Shown: in pieces, positions 17,575 through 25,340 of the stretch
Numbering within the stretch: the first letter of the stretch is position 1
Layout: each line of letters begins with the position of its first letter
Virus record (IMG/VR): IMGVR_UViG_3300034062_002027
DNA from: a virus
Reading direction: 5' to 3' (one strand)
Length of the DNA stretch: 64,000 nt
The notes under the pieces: model-generated
What the model saw: the letters and a program-made list of their open reading frames with translations, nothing else
Databases searched by the model: none
Told to the model about the DNA's origin: nothing
Translations under genes and position numbers: made by a program

Positions 17575-17819
17575 TTCATAGCCCCTGAGCTTGTGCGTTT
17601 AAACGAGCGGTTGGCTGACGCGGGCTTGGCCACGATGTTGCTGCGGGTTGTTGTGCCACCTTTCGAGAGGGGCCGCTTGTGGTCTACGTCCTTGCCGTCA
17701 CCCTTTTGGACAACCCCTTCACGCTCCAACATTCTTCGGGCCTTGTTTCTCTGCGCTCTTTTCTTTTTTACTTCGGGTGTGCCGTCATAGTTGGCATACT
17801 CGGCTTTGTAATCTCTCAT
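17571..17819 (-). CDS. small HNH-motif protein
   Basis: I chose the ATG at 17819 (AGGAGA SD). It contains DVDHKRPLSKGGTTTRSN. The stop overlaps the primase start (ATGA). Confidence 0.55.
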   Translation of the reverse strand: MRDYKAEYANYDGTPEVKKKRAQRNKARRMLEREGVVQKGDGKDVDHKRPLSKGGTTTRSNIVAKPASANRSFKRTSSGAMK

Positions 17820-17920
17820 GGCTTCTCCTGTTCGAGAGGGGCGGGGTACTCGCTGCGTCTGTGCTTGCTGTATTCCCAGCAAAACTGGGCAGGGCACAGC
17901 ATCCGCTTTCCCCCGATTAA

Positions 17921-18136
17921 TCAATAGTCCATTGCTTGGCGAATGTCACGAATCCGCATCTTCAAAAGCGGAGCCAAGTCCTGCTTGCTCTGTTGCAATC
18001 GCTCAATCTCAGCCTGAAGATGACGAATTTTAATGTCAATGTTTTCTTCAACGGTTGGGTTTACATCTACTGCGCTAATTTGGTTTGCGTAGTGCCGATG
18101 TTTTTCTTGCATTGCGTACAGTTGTTGTTCAACCAT
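17921..18136 (-). CDS. hypothetical coiled-coil protein
   Basis: 71 aa with an AGGAGA SD. Confidence 0.6.
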   Translation of the reverse strand: MVEQQLYAMQEKHRHYANQISAVDVNPTVEENIDIKIRHLQAEIERLQQSKQDLAPLLKMRIRDIRQAMDY

Positions 18137-18151
18137 GTCTTCTCCTGTTGG

Positions 18152-18301
18152 TTAAAAGCAGTTGGTGGTGCAGTTGCTGCCGTAGCAGCAAGTCGTGCAA
18201 GTCACAAACCGACCGTTCATGGTGTAGCTGTGGGTGGTGCAAGATGCCCACGCCATGGTGGCGAGGGTGGCGATGTAAACACCGATGATTGCTTTCTTCA
18301 T
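18152..18301 (-). CDS. secreted cysteine-rich micro-protein (49 aa, below the ORF-track cut-off)
   Basis: My translation is MKKAIIGVYIATLATMAWASCTTHSYTMNGRFVTCTTCCYGSNCTTNCF. It has a GGAGAA SD and a signal-peptide-like N-terminus with AWA|S. The 30-aa tail contains 6 Cys. Confidence 0.55.
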   Translation of the reverse strand: MKKAIIGVYIATLATMAWASCTTHSYTMNGRFVTCTTCCYGSNCTTNCF

Positions 18302-18315
18302 TTCAGTTCTCCAAT

Positions 18316-18522
18316 TTAAGGGCGGGGTGGTGCGGGGTTGATGAAAGAGCCAACATAGTTGCCCCTTGGTTGGTCAAAGAAGACACGATCCTTGAGGCTG
18401 CTCTCGGTGTGGAACAGGTCTGGGCGCTCCTCATGAACTCTGCGGATGGTTGCATCCAAGATTGAAGTCTTGGCGGCAAACTTCAAATTGTTTTGCAATT
18501 GAATTGGCAAAAGGGAGTGCAT
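18316..18522 (-). CDS. hypothetical protein
   Basis: 68 aa with a GGAGAG SD. Confidence 0.6.
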   Translation of the reverse strand: MHSLLPIQLQNNLKFAAKTSILDATIRRVHEERPDLFHTESSLKDRVFFDQPRGNYVGSFINPAPPRP

Positions 18523-18525
18523 GGT

Positions 18526-18741
18526 TTAACTCTCCAAGTTGAGTTCAGATTGATCGGGGTCACGGTAGTTCTCCACTGTAATGCCAGCAGACACCGCCTC
18601 AACGATGTCATCCTGCGTTGCCTTGCGGACAACAAACAAGCTGTTGGCTACATGGGACAAAGCTTGCTGTCGGTTTGTGGAACGCACCAGACGGACATTG
18701 TTGCCCGGAGTGCCGATAAAGTAAATACGAACGTTGCTCAT
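18526..18741 (-). CDS. hypothetical protein
   Basis: I chose the internal ATG at 18741 (AAGGAAA SD). 71 aa. Confidence 0.55.
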   Translation of the reverse strand: MSNVRIYFIGTPGNNVRLVRSTNRQQALSHVANSLFVVRKATQDDIVEAVSAGITVENYRDPDQSELNLES

Positions 18742-18749
18742 GGTTTTCC

Positions 18750-18983
18750 TTAAGTTGAAGTGCCTTGCGGCTCTTGGTGTGATTGGTTGATCTGCGTCAC
18801 CTTTTTTTGTATCTCCCTGTAGATTTCTTTGAACCTCTTCTCGTCTATCTGCCAGTGTCTGTTCGCCGCCAAGATGTCCGATGCCTCCCTCTTGGTCAGC
18901 CATATCAATGGCTTCCTCTTCCTGTATTCGAGGTGATCCCGTAACTCTTGCGTGACCGCCTTGTAGTATTCCTCAGAGGGCAT
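18750..18983 (-). CDS. hypothetical protein
   Basis: I chose the internal ATG at 18983 (AAGGA SD). 77 aa, basic. Confidence 0.55.
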   Translation of the reverse strand: MPSEEYYKAVTQELRDHLEYRKRKPLIWLTKREASDILAANRHWQIDEKRFKEIYREIQKKVTQINQSHQEPQGTST

Positions 18984-19257
18984 TTCTATCCTTGATACGC
19001 CGGATGGATAATTTCCACCCAAAGACCCCCTACCCCACGGGATGTGAGGCGAGGGGAAGGTTCCACCCCTGCAAAGCAGGATCATCATGTTACGGATTGT
19101 CCGTATACCCTCGGCTTGATGATGCGACCAGCCGCACGGATTATTCGGGAACTGCCCCCTAGACCAAGGTCATACCGTGTCGCGGTTTTCTTCCGAGCGG
19201 CCCCACTTGCGGCCCCTGCTGTCGTGCGGAGTACGGAAGGCGTGGAAAGTACAGACG

Positions 19258-19354
19258 AAAAAAAGCCGCTTGCAACTGCGATCCCGGTAGCAACCTTGCC
19301 TAATACCTCTCAACAGAGCATTAGGAAAGGCGGAATCGCATGTGTAAGCGGCCT
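19258..19354 (-). terminator. long imperfect hairpin followed by U7 (candidate terminator or 3' structured RNA domain)
   Basis: On the minus strand, AGGCCGCTTACACATGCGATTCC pairs (18 of 23) with GGGATCGCAGTTGCAAGCGGCTT around an inner hairpin CCTAATGCTCT-GTTG-AGAGGTATTAGG. TTTTTTT follows. Confidence 0.4.
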
Positions 19355-19458
19355 CAATTTTTCGTTACTTGCTACGGCAACAGCTTCACTGTATCACAGC
19401 TTTTTGGAACTTGCAATAAAAGATTGCGAACGTTCTTAGGGGTTTACCCTATACATGT

Positions 19459-19533
19459 TGGTTGCGGAGGACGGACTCGCACCGTCGATCTTCTGGTTAT
19501 GAGCCAGACGGATTACTTCTTTCCCACCCCGCA
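19459..19533 (-). tRNA. tRNA-Met-like gene (anticodon CAT) with encoded CCA and atypical D/T loops
   Basis: Hand-folded cloverleaf. The acceptor stem is 7 bp (TGCGGGG/CTCCGCA), with U8. The anticodon arm is TCTGG-CTCATAA-CCAGA and the T arm is GACGG-TGCGAGT-CCGTC. The discriminator is A, followed by CCA. The D stem is only 3 bp, and G19 and U55 are replaced. Confidence 0.55.
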
Positions 19534-19538
19534 GTTAA

Positions 19539-19567
19539 AGTTTAAACGATGGTGGCTCAGCCTGCAA
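19539..19567 (-). promoter_or_regulatory. candidate sigma70 promoter for the tRNA-like gene
   Basis: On the minus strand: TTGCAG, 17 nt, TAAACT, 5 nt, then the tRNA 5' end. The -10 overlaps a GTTTAAAC octamer. Confidence 0.4.
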
Positions 19568-19654
19568 GCTCATCTGGTGAGCCTGCGTGCAAGCCTGCGT
19601 GCCTTTCGTGTAAACTGCACTGGCGGGAACCTCCCCCCGCAGTTGCTTCTCCTT

Positions 19655-20089
19655 TTAGCCCCGGCCCTTGCGCTGGGGCTTCTTTTTTGGGGCAACCTCT
19701 TCTATCTTCTCGATCATGATCTCTGCCCGAGGGTTCTCAGGATCAAGGCCCCAGTACGCATGGCGCTCTTTGACCTGACGGTCGTTCTCATATATCAGTC
19801 CCTGCATCAGGTCGAGGATCAGCGTCTCGTCCAAGTCAGGTCTGCGGCTTGCGTAATAGATATGCAGCGTCACCCGAAGGTCGCCGGTCATAAGGCAGGC
19901 GAGCGGCCTGCATTGCTGTTTAAACACATCTGAGTAGTTGAGCGCCTTTTCGGACTTGATGAGCCGGGACACCCCGCCGAAACGTACCATCCTGCGACTG
20001 TTGCTTTTTGATGCTGGCTCACCAAAAATAATTTGCACTAGGGCTTGCAATTCTGTTGTATCATCACTATTATTGAGTTTCTCAGTCAT
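19655..20089 (-). CDS. rusA: RusA-family Holliday junction resolvase
   Basis: 144 aa. It contains GEPASKSNSRR...SEKALNY...RPDLDETLILDLMQGLIYENDRQV, the RusA catalytic Asp pattern. Confidence 0.75.
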   Translation of the reverse strand: MTEKLNNSDDTTELQALVQIIFGEPASKSNSRRMVRFGGVSRLIKSEKALNYSDVFKQQCRPLACLMTGDLRVTLHIYYASRRPDLDETLILDLMQGLIYENDRQVKERHAYWGLDPENPRAEIMIEKIEEVAPKKKPQRKGRG

Positions 20090-20109
20090 ACAAACCTTTT
20101 GGAGATGTA

Positions 20110-20967
20110 ATGGAAGTTACGAACGTTCATGGTGTACCAGAGCCTCTGGTCACCCTCGCAAAGCGGGAATACTACAGCAAGGGGGACTCGCAGTACAGCG
20201 TTACTGAGATCATGTCTCCCCCGAAGATTCGCAGGATGCGGGAAAAATACAACGACCAGATCAAGCAGGACGCAAGCGATATGTTGTGGACTCTGCTTGG
20301 CTCTGCCCTCCACGTTGTGATGGAGAGGGGCGAGACACCCGGGTGGCTCAAGGAAGAGCGCATCTTTACGGAGGTCAATGGGGTCAAGATCAGCGGGGCG
20401 ATTGACCTGCAAGAGGAAACGCCCGAGGGCGTGATCATCCACGACTACAAGTTCACCTCTGCATGGGCAGTCATGCAAGAGAAGGAAGAGTGGACTCAGC
20501 AACTCAACATCTACAAATGGCTGGTGGAGACCGTCAAGCGCAAGAAGGTGGTGGGCCTGAAGATTTGCGCCTTGGTGCGGGACTTCAACAGGCATGACCG
20601 TAAGGAAGGCTACCCAGCCGCTCCCATCGCCATGGTGGACGTTCCTATGTGGGACAGCGTACAGACCGAGACGTATATACGGGAGCGTCTGGAGATGCAC
20701 CGTGAGGCCAAGATGAGGGCGGACTTTGGGGAAGACCTCCAGAACTGCTCCAACGAGGAACGCTGGATGTCGGAAACGACATTCGCTGTGAAGAGGGAGG
20801 GCAGGAAGACTGCCATCCGTGTGTTTAAAACCATCGAAGAAGCCAGCACATTAGCTGAGAAGGAGAAGGGCTATGTCGAGACAAGACTTGGAGAAGCACG
20901 GCGCTGTGCCGGGAACTACTGCGGTGTCTCGCAGTGGTGCGACCAGTACCAGAAAGAGCTTTCGTGA
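20110..20967 (+). CDS. PD-(D/E)XK nuclease (RecB/Cas4-like exonuclease)
   Basis: 285 aa. It contains GAIDLQEE...VIIHDYKFTS (D...D-x-K) and a C-terminal Cys cluster RRCAGNYCGVSQWC. Confidence 0.7.
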   Translation: MEVTNVHGVPEPLVTLAKREYYSKGDSQYSVTEIMSPPKIRRMREKYNDQIKQDASDMLWTLLGSALHVVMERGETPGWLKEERIFTEVNGVKISGAIDLQEETPEGVIIHDYKFTSAWAVMQEKEEWTQQLNIYKWLVETVKRKKVVGLKICALVRDFNRHDRKEGYPAAPIAMVDVPMWDSVQTETYIRERLEMHREAKMRADFGEDLQNCSNEERWMSETTFAVKREGRKTAIRVFKTIEEASTLAEKEKGYVETRLGEARRCAGNYCGVSQWCDQYQKELS

Positions 20968-21253
20968 AAAGAAAGAGGCTTGGTGGGCTTGGCACAAGGA
21001 GAACCCTCAGGTGTGGGTTCTGTTCCAGAGGTTCTCGCTCGAAGCCATAGCCCATAGACACAAGAAGATTAGCCACTGGCTGATCATCAACCGAATCAGA
21101 TGGGAGACAGCCATCGTTACAACCGGAGGAGATTTCAAAATATCAAATGATTACATTGCTTTTTACGCCCGTCTTTGGAAAGCAAAGTACCCCGAACACA
21201 AAGACTTGTTTAACACGAAACGAATGATTGGAGAGATACATGAGCCAGATTGA
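20873..21253 (+). CDS. hypothetical protein (start uncertain; GTG at 20906 possible)
   Basis: The conserved-looking core is EAWWAWHKENPQVWVLFQRF...RIRWE...YARLW. The ORF overlaps the upstream gene by up to 95 nt. Confidence 0.5.
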   Translation: MSRQDLEKHGAVPGTTAVSRSGATSTRKSFREKKEAWWAWHKENPQVWVLFQRFSLEAIAHRHKKISHWLIINRIRWETAIVTTGGDFKISNDYIAFYARLWKAKYPEHKDLFNTKRMIGEIHEPD

Positions 21254-21908
21254 ACTCTTGAAGCTGAACGTCAACGAGCACGTTGAGAAGAAGCAAAACC
21301 TGTCTTACCTGTCATGGGCATGGGCATGGGCAGAAGCCTTGAAGGCCGACCCTGCCGCCACCTTTGAGGTCAAGACGTTCAAGCATGACGCTTACACGGA
21401 AGTGCCGTACATGGCAGTCAATGGAACTGCGATGGTCTGGGTCACCGTCACCGTATTTGGGAAGGCCATGACTTGCTTCCTGCCCGTCATGGATCACCGC
21501 AACAAACCCATCCAGAACCCTGACGCATTTCAGGTCAACACAGCCATCATGCGATGCATGGTCAAGGGGCTGGCACTGCACGGATTAGGGCTCTATATCT
21601 ATGCGGGTGAGGACTTGCCTCAAGTCGAAGAAACAGCGCCTGTAATCGTCAAGGCGCTCACTCCAGACGGCACTGCGATGGCAGATGTTCAGGTCAACAC
21701 CGGACAGGCAGATGCCAATGCCGAATTGTTTGCCGAAGGGATGATGACCTACACAAACCATTGCACTGATGTCAAAGGTTTAAACAGTTACTGGAAAGCC
21801 AATCAAGGGCAGCTTGATGGTCTCAAAGTAAGCCACCCTGATCTTTATGGTCAGGTTCGTAACCGCTTCGCAGAACTCAAGAAGCAACTCACGGAGAAAG
21901 CAGAATGA
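21240..21908 (+). CDS. Rad52/Sak-like single-strand annealing protein
   Basis: ATG at 21240 (GGAGAG SD). The N-terminus NLSYLSWAWAWAEALKADP...MVWVTVTVFG matches the Sak/Rad52-type SSAP pattern as I remember it. It lies next to the exonuclease and the SSB-like gene. Confidence 0.6.
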   Translation: MSQIELLKLNVNEHVEKKQNLSYLSWAWAWAEALKADPAATFEVKTFKHDAYTEVPYMAVNGTAMVWVTVTVFGKAMTCFLPVMDHRNKPIQNPDAFQVNTAIMRCMVKGLALHGLGLYIYAGEDLPQVEETAPVIVKALTPDGTAMADVQVNTGQADANAELFAEGMMTYTNHCTDVKGLNSYWKANQGQLDGLKVSHPDLYGQVRNRFAELKKQLTEKAE

Positions 21909-22225
21909 CCTACCAAACCAAAGCACCCGAGTACAAGCCGTACCCCGACAGCGGCTCCCTGCGCTCATCGACATCCAAGAAGGGGCCAAAGTCTCCCGAC
22001 TACTGGGGGAACATTGCCATCAACCTGAAGGACATGACCAACATTAAAACGGAAGACGGTTTGACCATCGTTAAGCTGTCTGGCTGGAAGAAGGTCGGCA
22101 AGGATGGCAAGACCTATCTGTCCATCGGCGTTGACCGCTTTGTGCCAGAGCAAAAGAATGGCGGCTATACCGCCCCAGCCACCCGCCAAGAAGATGACTT
22201 TGGCGATTCTGATGTCCCATTTTGA
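21905..22225 (+). CDS. non-canonical SSB-like protein with acidic C-terminal tip
   Basis: 106 aa, ending EDDFGDSDVPF (compare the bacterial SSB tip DDDIPF). It is coupled to the annealase gene by an ATGA overlap. Confidence 0.5.
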   Translation: MTYQTKAPEYKPYPDSGSLRSSTSKKGPKSPDYWGNIAINLKDMTNIKTEDGLTIVKLSGWKKVGKDGKTYLSIGVDRFVPEQKNGGYTAPATRQEDDFGDSDVPF

Positions 22226-22235
22226 GGAAAGCAAC

Positions 22236-22607
22236 ATGACTTTAAAAGCAAAGATTCTTGAGCACAAGAAAAACAACCCTGAGGCCACCGTTGCAGAGAT
22301 TGCAACGCTCCTCAACACCTCCAAGACTTACGTCTACCAGACCATCATGGATTACAAGACGCCTATGAGGCCAAAACCCGTTAAGGCGGAGAAAAAGGAA
22401 GCGGCTCCAACGGTGGCTCAGTTGACCAACCAGATTAGTTTTTTGGAGAAACAAATTCTCACCCTCAGAAGCGATGTCTATGAGCAGGAGGCTGTTGCCA
22501 AAGCCTTGAGGTTGCAAAACCGTGGTCTCTCAAATGTGATCACTTATCTTGAGAGCAAGTTGGGTATCGATGAAATCGATGCACGGCTCGAGGCCACAAG
22601 GGACTAA
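22236..22607 (+). CDS. HTH DNA-binding protein with C-terminal coiled coil
   Basis: ATG at 22236. The sequence NPEATVAEIATLLNTSKTYVYQTIMDY is HTH-like. Confidence 0.55.
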   Translation: MTLKAKILEHKKNNPEATVAEIATLLNTSKTYVYQTIMDYKTPMRPKPVKAEKKEAAPTVAQLTNQISFLEKQILTLRSDVYEQEAVAKALRLQNRGLSNVITYLESKLGIDEIDARLEATRD

Positions 22608-22608
22608 C

Positions 22609-23001
22609 GTGGCACTTCAGTTTGAAGCCCGTAAGGTGGCGTTGAAACAAGACCGCACAGGTTTTGTCTTGACGCTGGCGATCCACCCCGACGAGTGCCC
22701 AGAAGAGATTCTGCGTGACTTCGTTGGGGCGCGATACGGTTGTGCTCTGGTGCGGATTCAAGATGACGAGTCCGCCACTCAGTACAACAACAGGGTTCAG
22801 AAGGCAGGGATGCTCTGCCGGGAACCCAAGTTCCATGACCTCCTTGAGGTCAGCAGTGAAGCAGAGGCTGCGCTTGAGTTGTGTAAACGATGCGGCATAG
22901 AGAGCCGCACGGAGCTTCACGGGAACGAGGTTGCCAAGCAGTTGTTTGATGATCTTGTCAAAGAATACGAAGATTACAAATGGCCGGACGATCCGTTTTA
23001 A
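22609..23001 (+). CDS. hypothetical protein with SSB-tip-like C-terminus
   Basis: GTG start at 22609, directly after the upstream stop. 130 aa, ending EYEDYKWPDDPF. Confidence 0.5.
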   Translation: MALQFEARKVALKQDRTGFVLTLAIHPDECPEEILRDFVGARYGCALVRIQDDESATQYNNRVQKAGMLCREPKFHDLLEVSSEAEAALELCKRCGIESRTELHGNEVAKQLFDDLVKEYEDYKWPDDPF

Positions 23002-23011
23002 GGGAAAGAAA

Positions 23012-23335
23012 ATGACATTCAGTACAAACTACAAACCGTTCATGACGTACCTGACGCCCAAGGACATCATCAGGTTGAAGCGGTTTTCTAAGACCGCCAA
23101 GACGCCGATGAGCCAGATTGTCAGAGATGCCTTGAGTGCCAAGCTGGCATCTGGCGATCCTTACACCAGCGGGTTCAATGATGGCTTAAAGAAGGCAGTA
23201 GACGTTGTCTCTGGTATCCAAGCTGCGCAGATGAGGTTTCCCTCGGGGCTGTCGTTTGCGGAGCTGGTAGACCAAGAGGTATGCAAACATGAAATCCTTT
23301 CAGGAGGTCATCATGCGTCTGACGGGGAATCGTAA
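23012..23335 (+). CDS. ribbon-helix-helix (CopG/Arc-like) protein
   Basis: ATG at 23012. The sequence LTPKDIIRLKRFSKTAKTPMSQIVRDAL fits a strand-helix-helix pattern. Confidence 0.55.
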   Translation: MTFSTNYKPFMTYLTPKDIIRLKRFSKTAKTPMSQIVRDALSAKLASGDPYTSGFNDGLKKAVDVVSGIQAAQMRFPSGLSFAELVDQEVCKHEILSGGHHASDGES

Positions 23336-23549
23336 TCAATGCCAAGGGTGCAAGCAGTACTTCAACAGCACCACAGCATTTGACATGCATAGGACTGGAG
23401 AGCACGGCGTTGATCGTCGTTGCAGGACAACCGACGAGATGACCGCACTCGGGATGCTTGTTAATCATGCGGGGTTTTGGATAACGGAGAAATATGATGG
23501 AAACATGGACAGCCGATCACCTGAGCAATCAGAGCCCAACGAGGGTTGA
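23313..23549 (+). CDS. zinc-binding protein with FDxHR motif
   Basis: ATG at 23313 (AGGAGG SD). It contains CQGCKQYFNSTTAFDMHRTGEH. Confidence 0.55.
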   Translation: MRLTGNRNQCQGCKQYFNSTTAFDMHRTGEHGVDRRCRTTDEMTALGMLVNHAGFWITEKYDGNMDSRSPEQSEPNEG

Positions 23550-23694
23550 ACCCACGCGCCGCATAAGCGATCCAAAGTTTAAATGGCGGGACCCGTCAAA
23601 GACTGATGTGCAACGAACATGGCGCAAGGCAAGACTGCTACTGCGTTTAAATGGAGAAGCCTATGAAAGCCGTGCTCGAGTTCAACTATCCTGA
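23494..23694 (+). CDS. hypothetical basic protein (doubtful)
   Basis: 66-aa ORF with a GGAGAA SD that fills a 113-nt gap. It overlaps both neighbouring genes. Confidence 0.35.
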   Translation: MMETWTADHLSNQSPTRVEPTRRISDPKFKWRDPSKTDVQRTWRKARLLLRLNGEAYESRARVQLS

Positions 23695-23848
23695 AGACGA
23701 GAACAAGCTGGAGCATGCGCTAAAAGGCACTGCCTACCACGAGGCGTTAACCGCTATCGACACCATCCTGACTGCTCCATTTACAAAAGCAGAAGCACAC
23801 AGCAGGGTCAGGAAGATCATTGCACAAGTACTAGGAGAAGCACCATGA
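23663..23848 (+). CDS. hypothetical protein
   Basis: ATG at 23663 (GGAGAAG SD). 61 aa. Confidence 0.55.
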   Translation: MKAVLEFNYPEDENKLEHALKGTAYHEALTAIDTILTAPFTKAEAHSRVRKIIAQVLGEAP

Positions 23849-23985
23849 AAGCATTGTTTGAATACATCAAGAAGTTGTTCACCCGTGTGCCACCAGTTGT
23901 TGTGGACGAGCACTGCCCCTACTGCATGGGCCTTGGCTATGACAGCAGTGGGTTTACATGTAGCTGTTTGAGGGAGAAGAAATGA
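23845..23985 (+). CDS. zinc-ribbon micro-protein (46 aa)
   Basis: My translation is MKALFEYIKKLFTRVPPVVVDEHCPYCMGLGYDSSGFTCSCLREKK. It has ATGA overlaps at both ends. Confidence 0.5.
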   Translation: MKALFEYIKKLFTRVPPVVVDEHCPYCMGLGYDSSGFTCSCLREKK

Positions 23986-24344
23986 AAACCACGATAGACA
24001 TGGCCCGAGAAGTCAAGATGCCCTATGACTTTGTGACGGGTGAGCCAATCAACCTTGAAAAACTCAAAGCCTTTGAAGCCCTTGTTCGTGCTGATGAGCG
24101 CATGAGTTTTTATGGGCAAGACAAGCCAGCAGAATGCGCCGATGGTTGCCCACCAAACCAGATTTGTGATTACTGCCAAGTGGTTGCATCTGTTAAGGCA
24201 ATGATCCTTGCCGAGCGTGAGGCGTGTGCAAAGGTGTGTTCTGACCTTGTTCCTGATATGTCGCGCACAGCAAATGACGCATCCGTTTGGGATGTTGCCA
24301 CATTTGATTGCGCCGCCGCCATCCGAGCAAGGGGGAACACATGA
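23982..24344 (+). CDS. hypothetical protein
   Basis: 120 aa. The Cys-rich middle and the EREACAKVC...AIRARG tail are common in small phage proteins. Confidence 0.65.
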   Translation: MKTTIDMAREVKMPYDFVTGEPINLEKLKAFEALVRADERMSFYGQDKPAECADGCPPNQICDYCQVVASVKAMILAEREACAKVCSDLVPDMSRTANDASVWDVATFDCAAAIRARGNT

Positions 24345-24919
24345 AAGACGAAGCACTACGCATGGCGCTGGAGGCGTTGGAATGGATTTCCAATTTAGAA
24401 ACAGGTCGCTTCATTCGCCAAAAAGCAACGGAGCCAATTGCCGCCATCAAGCAAGCCCTTGCAGCACCTGTGCAGCCTGTAAAGCCATCCCTGTGGGAGC
24501 AATACCATGCAGCACAGCCAGCACCTGTGCAGGAGCCTGAGTCGTTTGAGCAATGGAATGCCAAGCAGCACGGCGACCCGGAGGAAATCGGATTCCTGCA
24601 AGCCTTGCGAATTGCGTATTGCTCTGGGCAAGACAGCGTGATGAAAGCTACCCCACCCGCACAACCAGCACCTGTGCAGCCTGTGGCGTGGGGCGTTTTT
24701 GAGGGCGGCAACCTACACGACATGTTTTTTACTAGAGAGGAGGCAGACAACATGGCGCACCTCAAAGGCTTACATGCAGAGATCAGGCCACTCACCACCC
24801 CACCCGCAGCACAGCCAGCCGTGCCCGATGCGTTTGGAACGCGAGAGGGTGAGCATCCCCAATACATCCAAGGCTGGAACGATTGCAGGGCAGAGATGTT
24901 GAGGGGGATGAAACCGTGA
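24341..24919 (+). CDS. hypothetical protein with AQPAPVQP repeats
   Basis: ATG at 24341 (ATGA overlap). 192 aa, with three A-Q-P-A-(P)-V-(Q)-P segments. Confidence 0.6.
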   Translation: MKDEALRMALEALEWISNLETGRFIRQKATEPIAAIKQALAAPVQPVKPSLWEQYHAAQPAPVQEPESFEQWNAKQHGDPEEIGFLQALRIAYCSGQDSVMKATPPAQPAPVQPVAWGVFEGGNLHDMFFTREEADNMAHLKGLHAEIRPLTTPPAAQPAVPDAFGTREGEHPQYIQGWNDCRAEMLRGMKP

Positions 24920-25152
24920 CCCCGAAACAAGAACAAGCCTTGCGAGAATATTTGCGTGAGGCTGTCGTGCCGCTGATCGAAGATGTGCTGGCTAAAAAGC
25001 TGGGGCAAGCCATGACGTTTGCAAAAGAAGAACTTACTCAGCCTAAACGTGAGTGGCAAGGCCTGACAGAAGATGAACGCGATACGATTTTGAGATCAGA
25101 AAGCAGCATCTTTGAAATGACCGAAGCTATTTTGAAAGCGAAAAACACATGA
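24916..25152 (+). CDS. hypothetical protein
   Basis: GTG at 24916 overlapping the upstream stop (GTGA). 78 aa. Confidence 0.5.
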   Translation: MTPKQEQALREYLREAVVPLIEDVLAKKLGQAMTFAKEELTQPKREWQGLTEDERDTILRSESSIFEMTEAILKAKNT

Positions 25153-25340
25153 CCCCCGAAGAACGTGAGAAGGCCATCAAGCGCAAGCCATGGAAGTTCT
25201 GCCGCAAGTGCAAGTGCGACATAAAGTCGCCAACGCAATACTGCTATGACTGCTACAAGGGTCATAACTTTACCGCCAGCCCCTACGGGCTTATCAACGC
25301 CAACAAAGCGTTCAAATTCGTACCTTCGGAGAACAGATGA
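25149..25340 (+). CDS. zinc-ribbon protein
   Basis: 63 aa, containing CRKCKC...CYDC. ATGA overlap. Confidence 0.55.
   Translation: MTPEEREKAIKRKPWKFCRKCKCDIKSPTQYCYDCYKGHNFTASPYGLINANKAFKFVPSENR

Noticed and set aside
19459-19533. tRNA-like element as an attP core of a temperate phage
   Set aside because: No integrase, excisionase or repressor is recognisable anywhere. The element is a complete cloverleaf with its own promoter rather than a 3' tRNA fragment.
19044-19933. Plus-strand ORFs of 131 and 197 aa over the ORF-free island and RusA
   Set aside because: They lie antisense to RusA and to the tRNA-like gene. They have no SD and an arginine/leucine-rich composition.
24193-25059. 288-aa minus-strand ORF across the small plus-strand genes
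   Set aside because: It lies antisense to a chain of ATGA-coupled genes with good SDs. The translation is Cys/Ser/Ala/Arg-rich low complexity.
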